NCBI GenBank assembly: GCA_900766925.1
Contig: CAAFXG010000316.1
Location: 3,735-67,734, forward strand
Source: Lachnospiraceae bacterium
Lineage (GTDB): Bacteria > Bacillota > Clostridia > Lachnospirales > Lachnospiraceae
Reading direction: 5' to 3'
DNA length: 64,000 nucleotides
Shown: piece after piece, positions 9,978 through 18,831 of the stretch
How positions within the stretch are numbered: the stretch's first letter is position 1
Layout: every line of letters begins with the position of its first letter
Translations under genes and position numbers: made by a program
The notes under the pieces: model-generated
The model's input: only the letters and a program-made list of their open reading frames with translations
The model's database searches: none
What the model was told of the DNA's origin: nothing

Positions 9978-12683
9978 ATGAATAAGAGTAAAAACAGTTT
10001 AAAACGTATTAAGAAATCTGCAGCATATATTATGGTTGCCATAATGGCAGGAACTTGTCTTAATCTGCCGGCAAATACTATGAAAGTTATGGCGGCTGAA
10101 CAGGGCACAATAGCCAATTCAACATTTCAAACTGAATACACCTATGGAGACACAATTAATCCTACAACAGAAATGTTCTCAATTAATAATAGCTCTGCCG
10201 TCCCGAGCTTTACCTGGTACTTAGGTGATGTAACGGAAGGAGAGCTTGATTCCACGCAGGCATTAGAGGCAATCCCAACAGATGCAGATACATATACTCT
10301 GGTTGTTTCAATTGAAGAAGATGATAATTATTCAGCGGCTGAGCTACGTATTAAGGTTGTAATTGAACCGAAGGTTCCTACAGCACCTACAGCACCGGTT
10401 ATCAGTAATGACGACATTACAGATACATCGGTAACTATTACGATACCTTCTCCTGCAGATGAAAATGATACAACTAAATATGAATATCTGTGTATAAAGA
10501 GTAGTGATGTTACGAATGAATATAATCCGGCAGAGAGTACAGGCTGGACAGAATCTAACATATTTAATGATTTGGATGCAAACACAGCCTATACATTTTA
10601 CCAAAGAATTGCAAAAGTAGACGATAATACAATAGAATCTGCACCAAGTGGTTCTACTGAGGTTACAACCCTTAAGACAGACATTACCAACAGTGCAGTT
10701 GTAACGGTACAGGGTACATATACATATACCGGTTCGGCGATTACCCCTGAAGCAGCAAATGTTACAGTATCAGTTAATGATACAAATATAGACTCTTCTA
10801 AGTATACGTTTTCTGCATCTGATAATATTAATGCTGGAACAGCTACAATTACTGTTACAATGAACAACGATGCTGAATTTACCGGCAGTCCTACCGGCAC
10901 ATTTACCATTGATGCAGCTACCCTTGCAGATTATACACTCCCGACCGCTTCAGATATTGAATACGGAGAGACATTGGCAGACAGTGAGCTTACAGGTGGG
11001 TCAGTTTCATTTAATGAACAGACAGTAGAAGGAACATGGAGCTTTAAAAATCCTAATACTAAGCCGGATGTAAATACAGAGGGAGCTTTATTTGAAATTG
11101 TTTTTACGCCGGGTACTAACTATAATCCAATAGAGAATGTATCCGTAAATGTAAAGATTAATTATGGAACTGCTCCTAATCCGCCGGAATCAACAGCTGC
11201 ACCGACTTATGGCAAAGATAAAACTGTTGCTGATGTGAGCTTACCGGCCGGTTGGTCATGGAATAACGAAGATGCCACAAAAGCACTTATAGTCGGTACA
11301 GAGGTAGAAGCAACGGCAAATTATACGGCAGATGATGCCGATAATTATTCCGCTGAAAGTAAGAGCGTTACCATTAAGATTATAATGTCAGATTGTCCAC
11401 ATTCACATAAGTCAACTATTAATGCTAAGACTGAAAGCTGCACATCGGAGGGCTACACCGGTGATACATGGTGCAGTGATTGTGAAAGTGTAGTTACCCA
11501 AGGTAGCAAAATTCCAAAGAAGTCGCATAATCTTAAAAAGACTGCGGCAGTTGAGCCAACATGTGTTTCGAATGGCAATATTGAATACTGGACATGCTCA
11601 TCTTGTAAAAAAATATATTCAGACTCTAAGGCTACAACTCAGGTGACTAATACTAAGCTAACTATTGATTCAAAAAATCATAAGAGCATAGATATTAAGG
11701 GAGACAAGGCTCCAACCTGTTCAGAAGAAGGATATACTGGAGATACATTTTGTTTGGATTGCAGGACAACCGTTAGTTATGGAAAACCAATCGACAAAAT
11801 TGAACATTCCCCTAAGACTGCAGTCAAGGAAAATGTTGAGGAAGCAACCTGTACAACAGCAGGTTCATATAATTTGGTTGTATATTGCTCAGAATGTGAC
11901 AGTGTTATCAGTAGCACACACAAAGTAATACCTGCATTAGGACATAAGCTTACCAAAACTGCTGCAGTTGCACCAACCTGTAAGAAAAAAGGTAATAAAG
12001 AGTATTGGACCTGCTCGGTTTGTGACAAAATTTATAGTGATTCGAAGGCAACAAACGAAACAACTAAGAGCAAAATGACTCTCAGGATTGATTCAGATAA
12101 TCATGTCAATATTGTCATCAGATATGCAAAGGCACCTACATGTGTTAAATATGGATATACAGGTGATACATATTGTAAGGATTGTGGTAAGCAGATTGAT
12201 ACCGGAGATATTATCAAAAAGCTGCCTGTTCCTGCGAAGGGTAAAACTCTTACTGATACCAAGACTATGGCTAAGTACAAGGTTACGAAATCCGGAACCA
12301 AGGGTGGAACGGTAACGTATGTTAAGTCAACTAACAGTAAAGCAACTAAGGTTACTATTCCATCGACAGTTAAAATTGACGGTATTACATATAAGGTAAC
12401 TGCAATCGGTGCAAACGCATTCAAATCCAATACCAAAATTAAAACTCTGGTAATCGGCTCTAATATTGAAAGCATAGGCAAAAATGCGTTCTATGGTGCA
12501 AAGAACCTTAAGTCTGTTACAATTAAGACTGCTAAGCTCACCTCCAAAAAGCTGGGCTCAAAGTCATTTAGTAAGCTTAATTCCAAGGCAGTCATAAAGG
12601 TTCCTTCAAAGCAATTAAAGAACTACAGAACAATTCTCAAAAAAGCCGGAATTACAGGTAAAAATCAGAAAATAACCAAATAG
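9978..12683 (+). CDS. Secreted/cell-surface protein with Ig/MBG-like repeats, six His-Cys3 modules and a C-terminal BspA-type leucine-rich repeat region
   Basis: 901 aa with RBS AGGGAGG. The signal peptide ends ...MKVMAAEQG. Repeated modules PTCxxxGxxxxxxCxxC are present. The LRR-like C-terminus reads IPSTVKIDGITYKVTAIGANAFKSNTKIKTLVIGSNIESIGKNAFYGAKNLKSVTI. No LPXTG-type sorting signal. Confidence 0.8.
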   Translation: MNKSKNSLKRIKKSAAYIMVAIMAGTCLNLPANTMKVMAAEQGTIANSTFQTEYTYGDTINPTTEMFSINNSSAVPSFTWYLGDVTEGELDSTQALEAIPTDADTYTLVVSIEEDDNYSAAELRIKVVIEPKVPTAPTAPVISNDDITDTSVTITIPSPADENDTTKYEYLCIKSSDVTNEYNPAESTGWTESNIFNDLDANTAYTFYQRIAKVDDNTIESAPSGSTEVTTLKTDITNSAVVTVQGTYTYTGSAITPEAANVTVSVNDTNIDSSKYTFSASDNINAGTATITVTMNNDAEFTGSPTGTFTIDAATLADYTLPTASDIEYGETLADSELTGGSVSFNEQTVEGTWSFKNPNTKPDVNTEGALFEIVFTPGTNYNPIENVSVNVKINYGTAPNPPESTAAPTYGKDKTVADVSLPAGWSWNNEDATKALIVGTEVEATANYTADDADNYSAESKSVTIKIIMSDCPHSHKSTINAKTESCTSEGYTGDTWCSDCESVVTQGSKIPKKSHNLKKTAAVEPTCVSNGNIEYWTCSSCKKIYSDSKATTQVTNTKLTIDSKNHKSIDIKGDKAPTCSEEGYTGDTFCLDCRTTVSYGKPIDKIEHSPKTAVKENVEEATCTTAGSYNLVVYCSECDSVISSTHKVIPALGHKLTKTAAVAPTCKKKGNKEYWTCSVCDKIYSDSKATNETTKSKMTLRIDSDNHVNIVIRYAKAPTCVKYGYTGDTYCKDCGKQIDTGDIIKKLPVPAKGKTLTDTKTMAKYKVTKSGTKGGTVTYVKSTNSKATKVTIPSTVKIDGITYKVTAIGANAFKSNTKIKTLVIGSNIESIGKNAFYGAKNLKSVTIKTAKLTSKKLGSKSFSKLNSKAVIKVPSKQLKNYRTILKKAGITGKNQKITK

Positions 12684-12704
12684 TATATGTATATACAAAA
12701 TAAG

Positions 12705-12730
12705 GAGCCGGGCACGAATGTGCCCGGCTC
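12705..12730 (+). terminator. Intrinsic terminator hairpin after the surface protein gene
   Basis: GAGCCGGGCAC-GAAT-GTGCCCGGCTC, an 11-bp GC-rich stem. A T7 run follows at 12747-12753 after a second small hairpin. Confidence 0.6.
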
Positions 12731-12797
12731 TGCTACTCTATGGCTGTTTTTTTACAGCCCCTTATTTACACATATAATTTATGATATATAAGATATC

Positions 12798-12811
12798 TTA
12801 CAAAACTGTAA
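12798..12811. promoter_or_regulatory. BceR-type response regulator operator candidate
   Basis: Perfect inverted repeat TTACA-AAAC-TGTAA lies 94 nt upstream of the ABC ATPase start. It fits the TNACA-N4-TGTAA repeat that, as I recall it, is reported for BceR-like regulators. Confidence 0.5.
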
Positions 12812-12904
12812 GAATTAATTTTCTATTAGTAAGATGATTGTAAGAAAGCTGATATATATTACTGTTATATAAAATATATCAAGTAAGAAAGGCGGGAATC
12901 TCCG

Positions 12905-13588
12905 ATGCATATTTTAAAAGCCAGAAATCTGACAAAAATATACGGAAAGGGGGAAGCTGCAATTACGGCGGTTAATCATATAAACCTAGATATTGTAAAA
13001 GGTGAGTTTACAGCCGTTGTTGGTACGTCCGGTTCGGGTAAATCAACCCTTCTACATCTTCTCGGCGGCGTTGATACACCAACGGAGGGTGATGTGATAA
13101 TAGACGGTGACAATGTATATAGTTTGAAGGATGACAAACGCTCAATTTTAAGACGCAGAAAAATAGGATTTATTTTTCAGACATATAATTTGATACCTGT
13201 ACTAAACGTTGAAGAAAATATTACCATGCCTGTTCTTCTGGATGGAAATACTCCGGACAGGGATGAGGTTATGAATATGCTTGAAATGCTTGGACTAAAG
13301 GAGAGACGCAATCATCTGCCAAATCAGCTTTCCGGAGGTCAGCAGCAGAGGGTGGCAATAGGTCGTGCCTTAATGAACCATCCTTCAATCATTATTGCAG
13401 ATGAGCCCACAGGCAATCTGGATAAGAAAAACAGTGAGGAGGTTATGGAGCTTTTATGTAAGGCCTGCCGTGAAAAAGGAGAAACCTTAATACTAGTTAC
13501 ACATAATCCGGATATTGCGGCCATGGCAGACAGAATAATTCACCTTGAGGACGGAACAATAGTAAGTGATACAGGGGCAGGTGAGTAA
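12905..13588 (+). CDS. ABC transporter ATP-binding protein (MacB/BceA-like)
   Basis: Walker A GTSGSGKST, signature LSGGQQQR, Walker B IIIADEPTGNLD. Confidence 0.9.
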   Translation: MHILKARNLTKIYGKGEAAITAVNHINLDIVKGEFTAVVGTSGSGKSTLLHLLGGVDTPTEGDVIIDGDNVYSLKDDKRSILRRRKIGFIFQTYNLIPVLNVEENITMPVLLDGNTPDRDEVMNMLEMLGLKERRNHLPNQLSGGQQQRVAIGRALMNHPSIIIADEPTGNLDKKNSEEVMELLCKACREKGETLILVTHNPDIAAMADRIIHLEDGTIVSDTGAGE

Positions 13589-13589
13589 T

Positions 13590-16031
13590 ATGAAAAATTT
13601 GACAACACTTAGTCTAAGGTATCTAAAGCAAAACAGACACAGAACAATCACAACTATTATTGGTGTACTGTTATCTTCAATGCTTGTTTATATTATTTTC
13701 GTTGCCGGAAATAGCATATATGACTCTGTGACACTTACAAATTACGAAAAAAGCTATGGAGTTGATGCAATTTATTCTGTCACATACGAGCAGTGTAATG
13801 ATTTGCTTTCTATGGCTCCATACTATGAAAAGGAAAGTGCAATTGAAATAAATGAGCTTGAGGTTTCGCATGCATTTGCCTTTTGTTCTTCATATCAGAC
13901 TTATATAAATGATTTTAAAGCAATGCCGGTACCGTTTGATATGGTATATGGAACTGTACCAAAATCATTTAATTCTATAATTATTTATAACGAAGATGCA
14001 AGACTATCAGACCTTAAGGTTGGCGACAAAATACAAACATTTACTTCAATTAACAATGATAGTTTTGAAAAAAGACCTGATACAGTTGAAAAGCAAATTT
14101 CAGGAACATTTGATGAAACAAAAGAATTGATGATTGAAAATCCCGATACCGGAGAAACTATAGGCTTATATATGTACAGCAGTTACATGCTGATGTCCGA
14201 TGAAGTTATGCAGGAAGCAGCGTCACTTAATAAGCTGTACGTCTGTGTTACATTTGCAAATAAGGATAATCTCACTGATAAGATAGCTCTCTTATCGTCA
14301 CACTTAAATAACTGTAAATATTACATAAATCCTGATGCACTTGAAGCATTTGAAAATGAAAATTCACTTACTTATCTTGCCTTTAATGCGATTAGCTTGT
14401 TAATAGCGGCAGTTGTTGCCTTCCTTACAATGTTTATTGTAAGAAATGCTTTTAATATATCTGTACACGAACGCAATAACGATTACGCAATATTAAGATG
14501 CATTGGTATGGACAGACGCCAGATTATAAAAATAGTATTAGCTGAAGCATTTATAATATCCCTTATCGGTGTTGTATTTGGTATGCTGATTGGACAGGGC
14601 ATTGTTACGGTGGGATTCTGGTATATAAGAAATATTCTTGATTTATCATCAGTTTATAAGGCCAGATTTTATTTAAAGGCGGTTGGTTTTACCTTGCTGT
14701 ATACTGTGGTTACTACTGCATATGCAATGATAGCACCTGTTGAACAGCTGTATAAGCTTAATCCGATAGAGGCAATACGCCGGGTTAATGATGTAAAACA
14801 AAAAAAGTTAAAATCGGGCAAAGGTAAGCTTTTAACGAAATTATTTGGTGTTGAGGTTGGCTATGCCTACAAAAATGTTATGCGCAAAAAGGGACGCTTT
14901 CTTATTACAGTATTTTCGCTTGTAGTATGCTCAACATTATTTGTAGGAATAACAACAGCCTTTTCTATGATTAATAAATGGATTAAAACCTGTGTGTATA
15001 CAGTTTCAGAATATGAGGCTGCATTTTATATTGACGATGAAAACATTAGTAAGTTCAGAAAGAATTTATATGATAATGAGTTAATAGAAAAAGACTTCGT
15101 TTTTAAATCCGGATTCGGATTTGTTACTGAGGATTCCGATTTTTATAAAAGCACAAATGCACTTTGCGGTTTATATCTTGGTTTTGATAATAAAAATTAT
15201 AATAAAATTGCCGATATGGCAGGCAGTAAGATTAAGTTCGATGCAAATGTAATTCCTGTAATAAAATTAACAGACGATACTGAACACGAGTTAGGCAGTA
15301 CCTATACCTTCTATAACGGAGATACTGAGGTTACGCTTGGAATTACAGCAGAAATATCATGGCAGGATTTATTTAATTATATTAAAGAAATAGGTATTTT
15401 AAATTATGTCGCTGATTATAGTAATATGTCGTATATAATATACAATATGGATGATGGCTTCATGGGACCGGCTTTATGTCCTGATGGTAAAGACGGCTTT
15501 AATAATGTTGGTAATGATTATAAAATGCTTGTAAAATTAAATCCGGATACAGACTCAAGAAAATTTGATGAATTCCTTAAAAAATGTCCTTATTGGTTTG
15601 ATGATACATATACATATTTAAAAGAAATCTACAAGAGCTTTCAGGCTGTAGAAGCAATTATAATATTGTTTATTTTAATTCTTCTTATAATTATAATTGT
15701 TAATAACATCAATATGAACCGTTCCGATATGATAATGCGGCGTAAGGAATTTGAAATATTACAGACTATCGGAATGAGTTACAGACAACATAGTAAAATG
15801 CTGTATGCTGAATCACTGTTTTCAACGATTACTGCATCAATTATTGGTTCAATACTGGGTACATTTCTAGGCTTTTTGATTTCATACGGAATAATTATTG
15901 ATGATTTGCTTGATGGCAAAATTAGTTTTTCAGCCAACCCGATATCAATAATTATATCCTTTATTATATTTATTGTTTTTGGAATAATATCAGTATTTCT
16001 CTCAAGGGAGGAAGATTACAGGCTGGGGTAA
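13590..16031 (+). CDS. FtsX-family ABC permease with two FtsX modules (BceB-like)
   Basis: Two TM clusters (around aa 270-400 and aa 690-815) are separated by TM helices and a large soluble domain. I prefer ATG 13590 (MKNLTTLSLRYLKQN), 2 nt after the ATPase stop, over 13566. Confidence 0.8.
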   Translation: MKNLTTLSLRYLKQNRHRTITTIIGVLLSSMLVYIIFVAGNSIYDSVTLTNYEKSYGVDAIYSVTYEQCNDLLSMAPYYEKESAIEINELEVSHAFAFCSSYQTYINDFKAMPVPFDMVYGTVPKSFNSIIIYNEDARLSDLKVGDKIQTFTSINNDSFEKRPDTVEKQISGTFDETKELMIENPDTGETIGLYMYSSYMLMSDEVMQEAASLNKLYVCVTFANKDNLTDKIALLSSHLNNCKYYINPDALEAFENENSLTYLAFNAISLLIAAVVAFLTMFIVRNAFNISVHERNNDYAILRCIGMDRRQIIKIVLAEAFIISLIGVVFGMLIGQGIVTVGFWYIRNILDLSSVYKARFYLKAVGFTLLYTVVTTAYAMIAPVEQLYKLNPIEAIRRVNDVKQKKLKSGKGKLLTKLFGVEVGYAYKNVMRKKGRFLITVFSLVVCSTLFVGITTAFSMINKWIKTCVYTVSEYEAAFYIDDENISKFRKNLYDNELIEKDFVFKSGFGFVTEDSDFYKSTNALCGLYLGFDNKNYNKIADMAGSKIKFDANVIPVIKLTDDTEHELGSTYTFYNGDTEVTLGITAEISWQDLFNYIKEIGILNYVADYSNMSYIIYNMDDGFMGPALCPDGKDGFNNVGNDYKMLVKLNPDTDSRKFDEFLKKCPYWFDDTYTYLKEIYKSFQAVEAIIILFILILLIIIIVNNINMNRSDMIMRRKEFEILQTIGMSYRQHSKMLYAESLFSTITASIIGSILGTFLGFLISYGIIIDDLLDGKISFSANPISIIISFIIFIVFGIISVFLSREEDYRLG

Positions 16032-16046
16032 AATTACCCCAGCCTG
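16019..16046. terminator. Palindrome spanning both stop codons of the convergent permease and sigE genes (possible bidirectional terminator)
   Basis: CAGGCTGGGGTA-AAAT-TACCCCAGCCTG, 12-bp arms. There is no strong T-tract on either side. Confidence 0.45.
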
Positions 16047-16762
16047 ATCATTTCCTTTTTAAGTCTCTTGATTATTTTTTTCTCTAATCTTGATATGTAA
16101 GATTGTGAAATACCCAGTAAATCAGCCACCTCCTTCTGGGTCATTTCCTCATCATTGTGACCAATACCAAATCTAAGCTCAATTATGGTTCTTTCGCGTT
16201 CAGACAGGGTTTCCATTGCCTGTTCAAGCAACGAACGGTCGACCTCATCCTCCAAATCCTTATATACTACGTCATCATCAGTTCCCAGAATGTCAGACAG
16301 AAGTAGCTCATTACCATCCCAGTCAACATTTAATGGCTCATCTATGGAAACCTCGACTCTTGTTCTTGAGCTTCTTCTAAGGTGCATAAGAATCTCATTT
16401 TCAATACATCGGCTTGCATAGGTTGCCAGTTTTATATTTTTATCTGTTTTAAAGGTATTAATTGCTTTAATTAGTCCAATAGTTCCTATGGAGATTAAAT
16501 CCTCAACTCCAACACCGGTATTGTCAAATTTTTTAGCTATATATACAACAAGCCGAAGATTATGCTCTATTAGGGTTCGCCTGACCTGTATATCATCGTC
16601 AGACAGCTTTTCAAGCATAAGTGCTTCCTCCTCTGAAGACAGTGGTGGTGGGAGAATTTCAGCTCCTCCAATATAATGTACCTCGTTTTTTGGAAAAAAT
16701 AAAACATTTGCAAAGCTTTTGATATTGAATCTTATTTTGTTATTACTAACAATACTAATCAT
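16034..16762 (-). CDS. sigE: Sporulation sigma factor, pro-sigma-E
   Basis: [18 protein letters not shown]...[40 protein letters not shown]...[20 protein letters not shown] is nearly colinear with B. subtilis pro-SigE, including an N-terminal pro-sequence. RBS is GAGAGGAG. Confidence 0.9.
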   Translation of the reverse strand: MISIVSNNKIRFNIKSFANVLFFPKNEVHYIGGAEILPPPLSSEEEALMLEKLSDDDIQVRRTLIEHNLRLVVYIAKKFDNTGVGVEDLISIGTIGLIKAINTFKTDKNIKLATYASRCIENEILMHLRRSSRTRVEVSIDEPLNVDWDGNELLLSDILGTDDDVVYKDLEDEVDRSLLEQAMETLSERERTIIELRFGIGHNDEEMTQKEVADLLGISQSYISRLEKKIIKRLKKEMIRLG

Positions 16763-17636
16763 TTGAATACTCCTCTCTATATGGTTTTAAGCTTTCATTA
16801 AGTAAAACCTGATAATCTCCGGTATATGAATTTTTGAAGCTGTATCTGCTTATACAAGCTGTAATATTTTTATATATTTTTCCATTGTTACAAAATGAAA
16901 CTGAAGAAAGCTTAAACGCCGGCATATAAGCCAGATTTGTACTTATAGTCTGATATGCAATAGGATAAAACAGATTATGCACCAGCTTGTGAGCCGAAGA
17001 GTAGTCGAATTCACCTGTGTTATGATAGGAGAGAATTATACTGTATGTAAGATCATCAAATAATCCTTTTAAACTCTGATAATCTATAATTATTACAGGA
17101 TTTCCGGTATAATCGTCCGTTAAAACATTTCCTGAATCATAATACCCCGTCAATTCAACACTGGATTTATCCAGCGTCAGCATAACATCATATAAATATT
17201 TACTTCTTACAAATCTTCTTTTAAATAAAATGCAACAAAAAAGGATTATTCCTCCCAATAAAATAATTTTTGTTACAAGCTCGTATGATGATATAAATCC
17301 TTTTTGGTTGTCAATTGAAAGTATTCCACAAAGTAAAATCATCACACAAAGAACTGCCAGAACGTAAATACAAAAATTTGTTTCAGAATTCCATTTAAAA
17401 TATAAATATGTCATAAATGTATAAATGGTGACATATAATATAAGATGTAACAGGAAAAATCTGTTTAATGTCAGTAAATACACAATTTCAGTAAATAAAG
17501 CAGTTAAAACAGACCAGCTACATGCACGTATAATCTTTATACGTTTACCTTGTAATGCTGATGCAGCAGATATTATAAACAGGTTAATAAGACTGTTTGT
17601 AATAAGCATGACATCTGCATATACAATATAGGTCAT
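16755..17636 (-). CDS. spoIIGA: Sigma-E processing peptidase SpoIIGA
   Basis: Five N-terminal TM helices followed by the aspartic protease motif [11 protein letters not shown]...PVIII. It lies immediately upstream of sigE and overlaps it by 8 nt. I prefer ATG 17636 (GGGAGG 5 nt upstream) over GTG 17642. Confidence 0.85.
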   Translation of the reverse strand: MTYIVYADVMLITNSLINLFIISAASALQGKRIKIIRACSWSVLTALFTEIVYLLTLNRFFLLHLILYVTIYTFMTYLYFKWNSETNFCIYVLAVLCVMILLCGILSIDNQKGFISSYELVTKIILLGGIILFCCILFKRRFVRSKYLYDVMLTLDKSSVELTGYYDSGNVLTDDYTGNPVIIIDYQSLKGLFDDLTYSIILSYHNTGEFDYSSAHKLVHNLFYPIAYQTISTNLAYMPAFKLSSVSFCNNGKIYKNITACISRYSFKNSYTGDYQVLLNESLKPYREEYSND

Positions 17637-17721
17637 ATTCACCTCCCTGATTCTTTAGATGCAATTATAGTAGCCTGATGATGAAAAAATCGTCGTTTGA
17701 TGGTGTATGATTTCAAAGAAG

Positions 17722-17782
17722 TTCGATTATGTTCGACATGAATGCGGACTATCATGGATTAAGAAGAAAATAATAATCGACA
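17722..17782 (-). promoter_or_regulatory. Candidate Spo0A boxes upstream of spoIIGA
   Basis: On the - strand there is one exact 0A box TGTCGAA (17732-17738). Two near matches are AATCGAA (17722-17728) and TGTCGAT (17776-17782). They lie 86-146 nt upstream of the start. Confidence 0.45.
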
Positions 17783-17802
17783 AATTGAAGTGTGCAATAT
17801 AT

Positions 17803-17850
17803 AAAAGGAACAGCCACATTAGCAAAATTAAATTGCAATATGGCTGTCCC
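17803..17850 (-). terminator. Intrinsic terminator of the SDR gene
   Basis: The - strand reads GGGACAGCCATATT...AATGTGGCTGTTCC followed by TTTT. Confidence 0.7.
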
Positions 17851-17878
17851 TAAAATTCATTTAATTATAAGCTATACG

Positions 17879-18682
17879 TTACCAGGTACGACCTGACATC
17901 ATTCTAAACTGTGCCACGGTAGGAGTGTGCGAATTTAAACCTCCGTCACAGGTAAGTACCTGTCCGTTCATATATGCTGCCTCATCACTTGCAAGATATA
18001 CACACAGATGACCAATGTCCTCAGGCATACCATATCGTTTTCCAAGAATATTAGACATAAATATCGATTTTAATTGTTCCGGAATACGGTTTTCATTCTG
18101 AGGTGTAACAATAAGACCCGGTCGAACACAGTTGCAACGAATACCATTTGGACCATACATACATGCAACATATTCAGTAAGCTTGTCAACACCGGACTTA
18201 GCACATGCATAAGCAATTGTACCAAGATCACCACCCGCACTTGCCATTGAACCAATATTGATAATACTACCGCCATTCTCGTTTTTCAGCATATATGGGA
18301 GGGCTTCCTTAATCATATTAAATGTGCCACCAAGGTCCGTAGCAACAACTGCGTTGAACTGTTCGAGAGTAAGCTCATCAACACGTCCATCCTTCATGCC
18401 CATACCGGCTGCATTGTTGATAAGAACATCAATACGTCCGAATTTCTCAGCAACGTCTGCAATTAATGCGTGCATAGATTCCTGATTTGTAAGGTCAAAT
18501 GCATGAAACCATGCATTACCGCCTTCTGACTGAATATCCTCAACAACCTTCTGACCACGCTCAACATTACGACCTGTAATTATTACCTGTGCTGCCTCTT
18601 TGGCACACAGCTTGGCAATACCAATACCGATACCGCTGGTAGAACCGGTAACAATTACTACTTTATCCTTTAATCTCTCCAA
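17879..18682 (-). CDS. Short-chain dehydrogenase/reductase (SDR) family oxidoreductase
   Basis: TGSTSGIGIG cofactor motif, NNAG, and catalytic S...YACAK. TTG start with a GGAGGTG RBS. Confidence 0.9.
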   Translation of the reverse strand: MERLKDKVVIVTGSTSGIGIGIAKLCAKEAAQVIITGRNVERGQKVVEDIQSEGGNAWFHAFDLTNQESMHALIADVAEKFGRIDVLINNAAGMGMKDGRVDELTLEQFNAVVATDLGGTFNMIKEALPYMLKNENGGSIINIGSMASAGGDLGTIAYACAKSGVDKLTEYVACMYGPNGIRCNCVRPGLIVTPQNENRIPEQLKSIFMSNILGKRYGMPEDIGHLCVYLASDEAAYMNGQVLTCDGGLNSHTPTVAQFRMMSGRTW

Positions 18683-18831
18683 TTAAAACACCTCCATAAA
18701 ATAAAATTATGTAACAATATCAAAGCTGTTATTATACCAGATATTTACATATTATTAGTTTATTTTACTTTCAGCTTAAATGCAAGTAAAATTAAATTTA
18801 TTTTTAAAAATTTTATATAAAGGGTTATTTT

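Noticed and set aside
9978-12683. The surface protein as a substrate of the nearby class B sortase
   Set aside because: The C-terminus (...KKAGITGKNQKITK) has no LPXTG/NPXTG-type motif, hydrophobic segment or basic tail.
7934-16031. A genomic island integrated at tRNA-Leu (two-component system, surface protein, ABC transporter downstream of the tRNA)
   Set aside because: There is no integrase or recombinase, and I saw no direct repeat of the tRNA 3' end. The tRNA has its own promoter and terminator. The accessory flavour alone is not enough.
17637-17642. GTG 17642 as the spoIIGA start
   Set aside because: The GGGAGG Shine-Dalgarno sequence occupies 17642-17647, so it cannot serve a start at 17642. 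ATG 17636 has the correct spacing.
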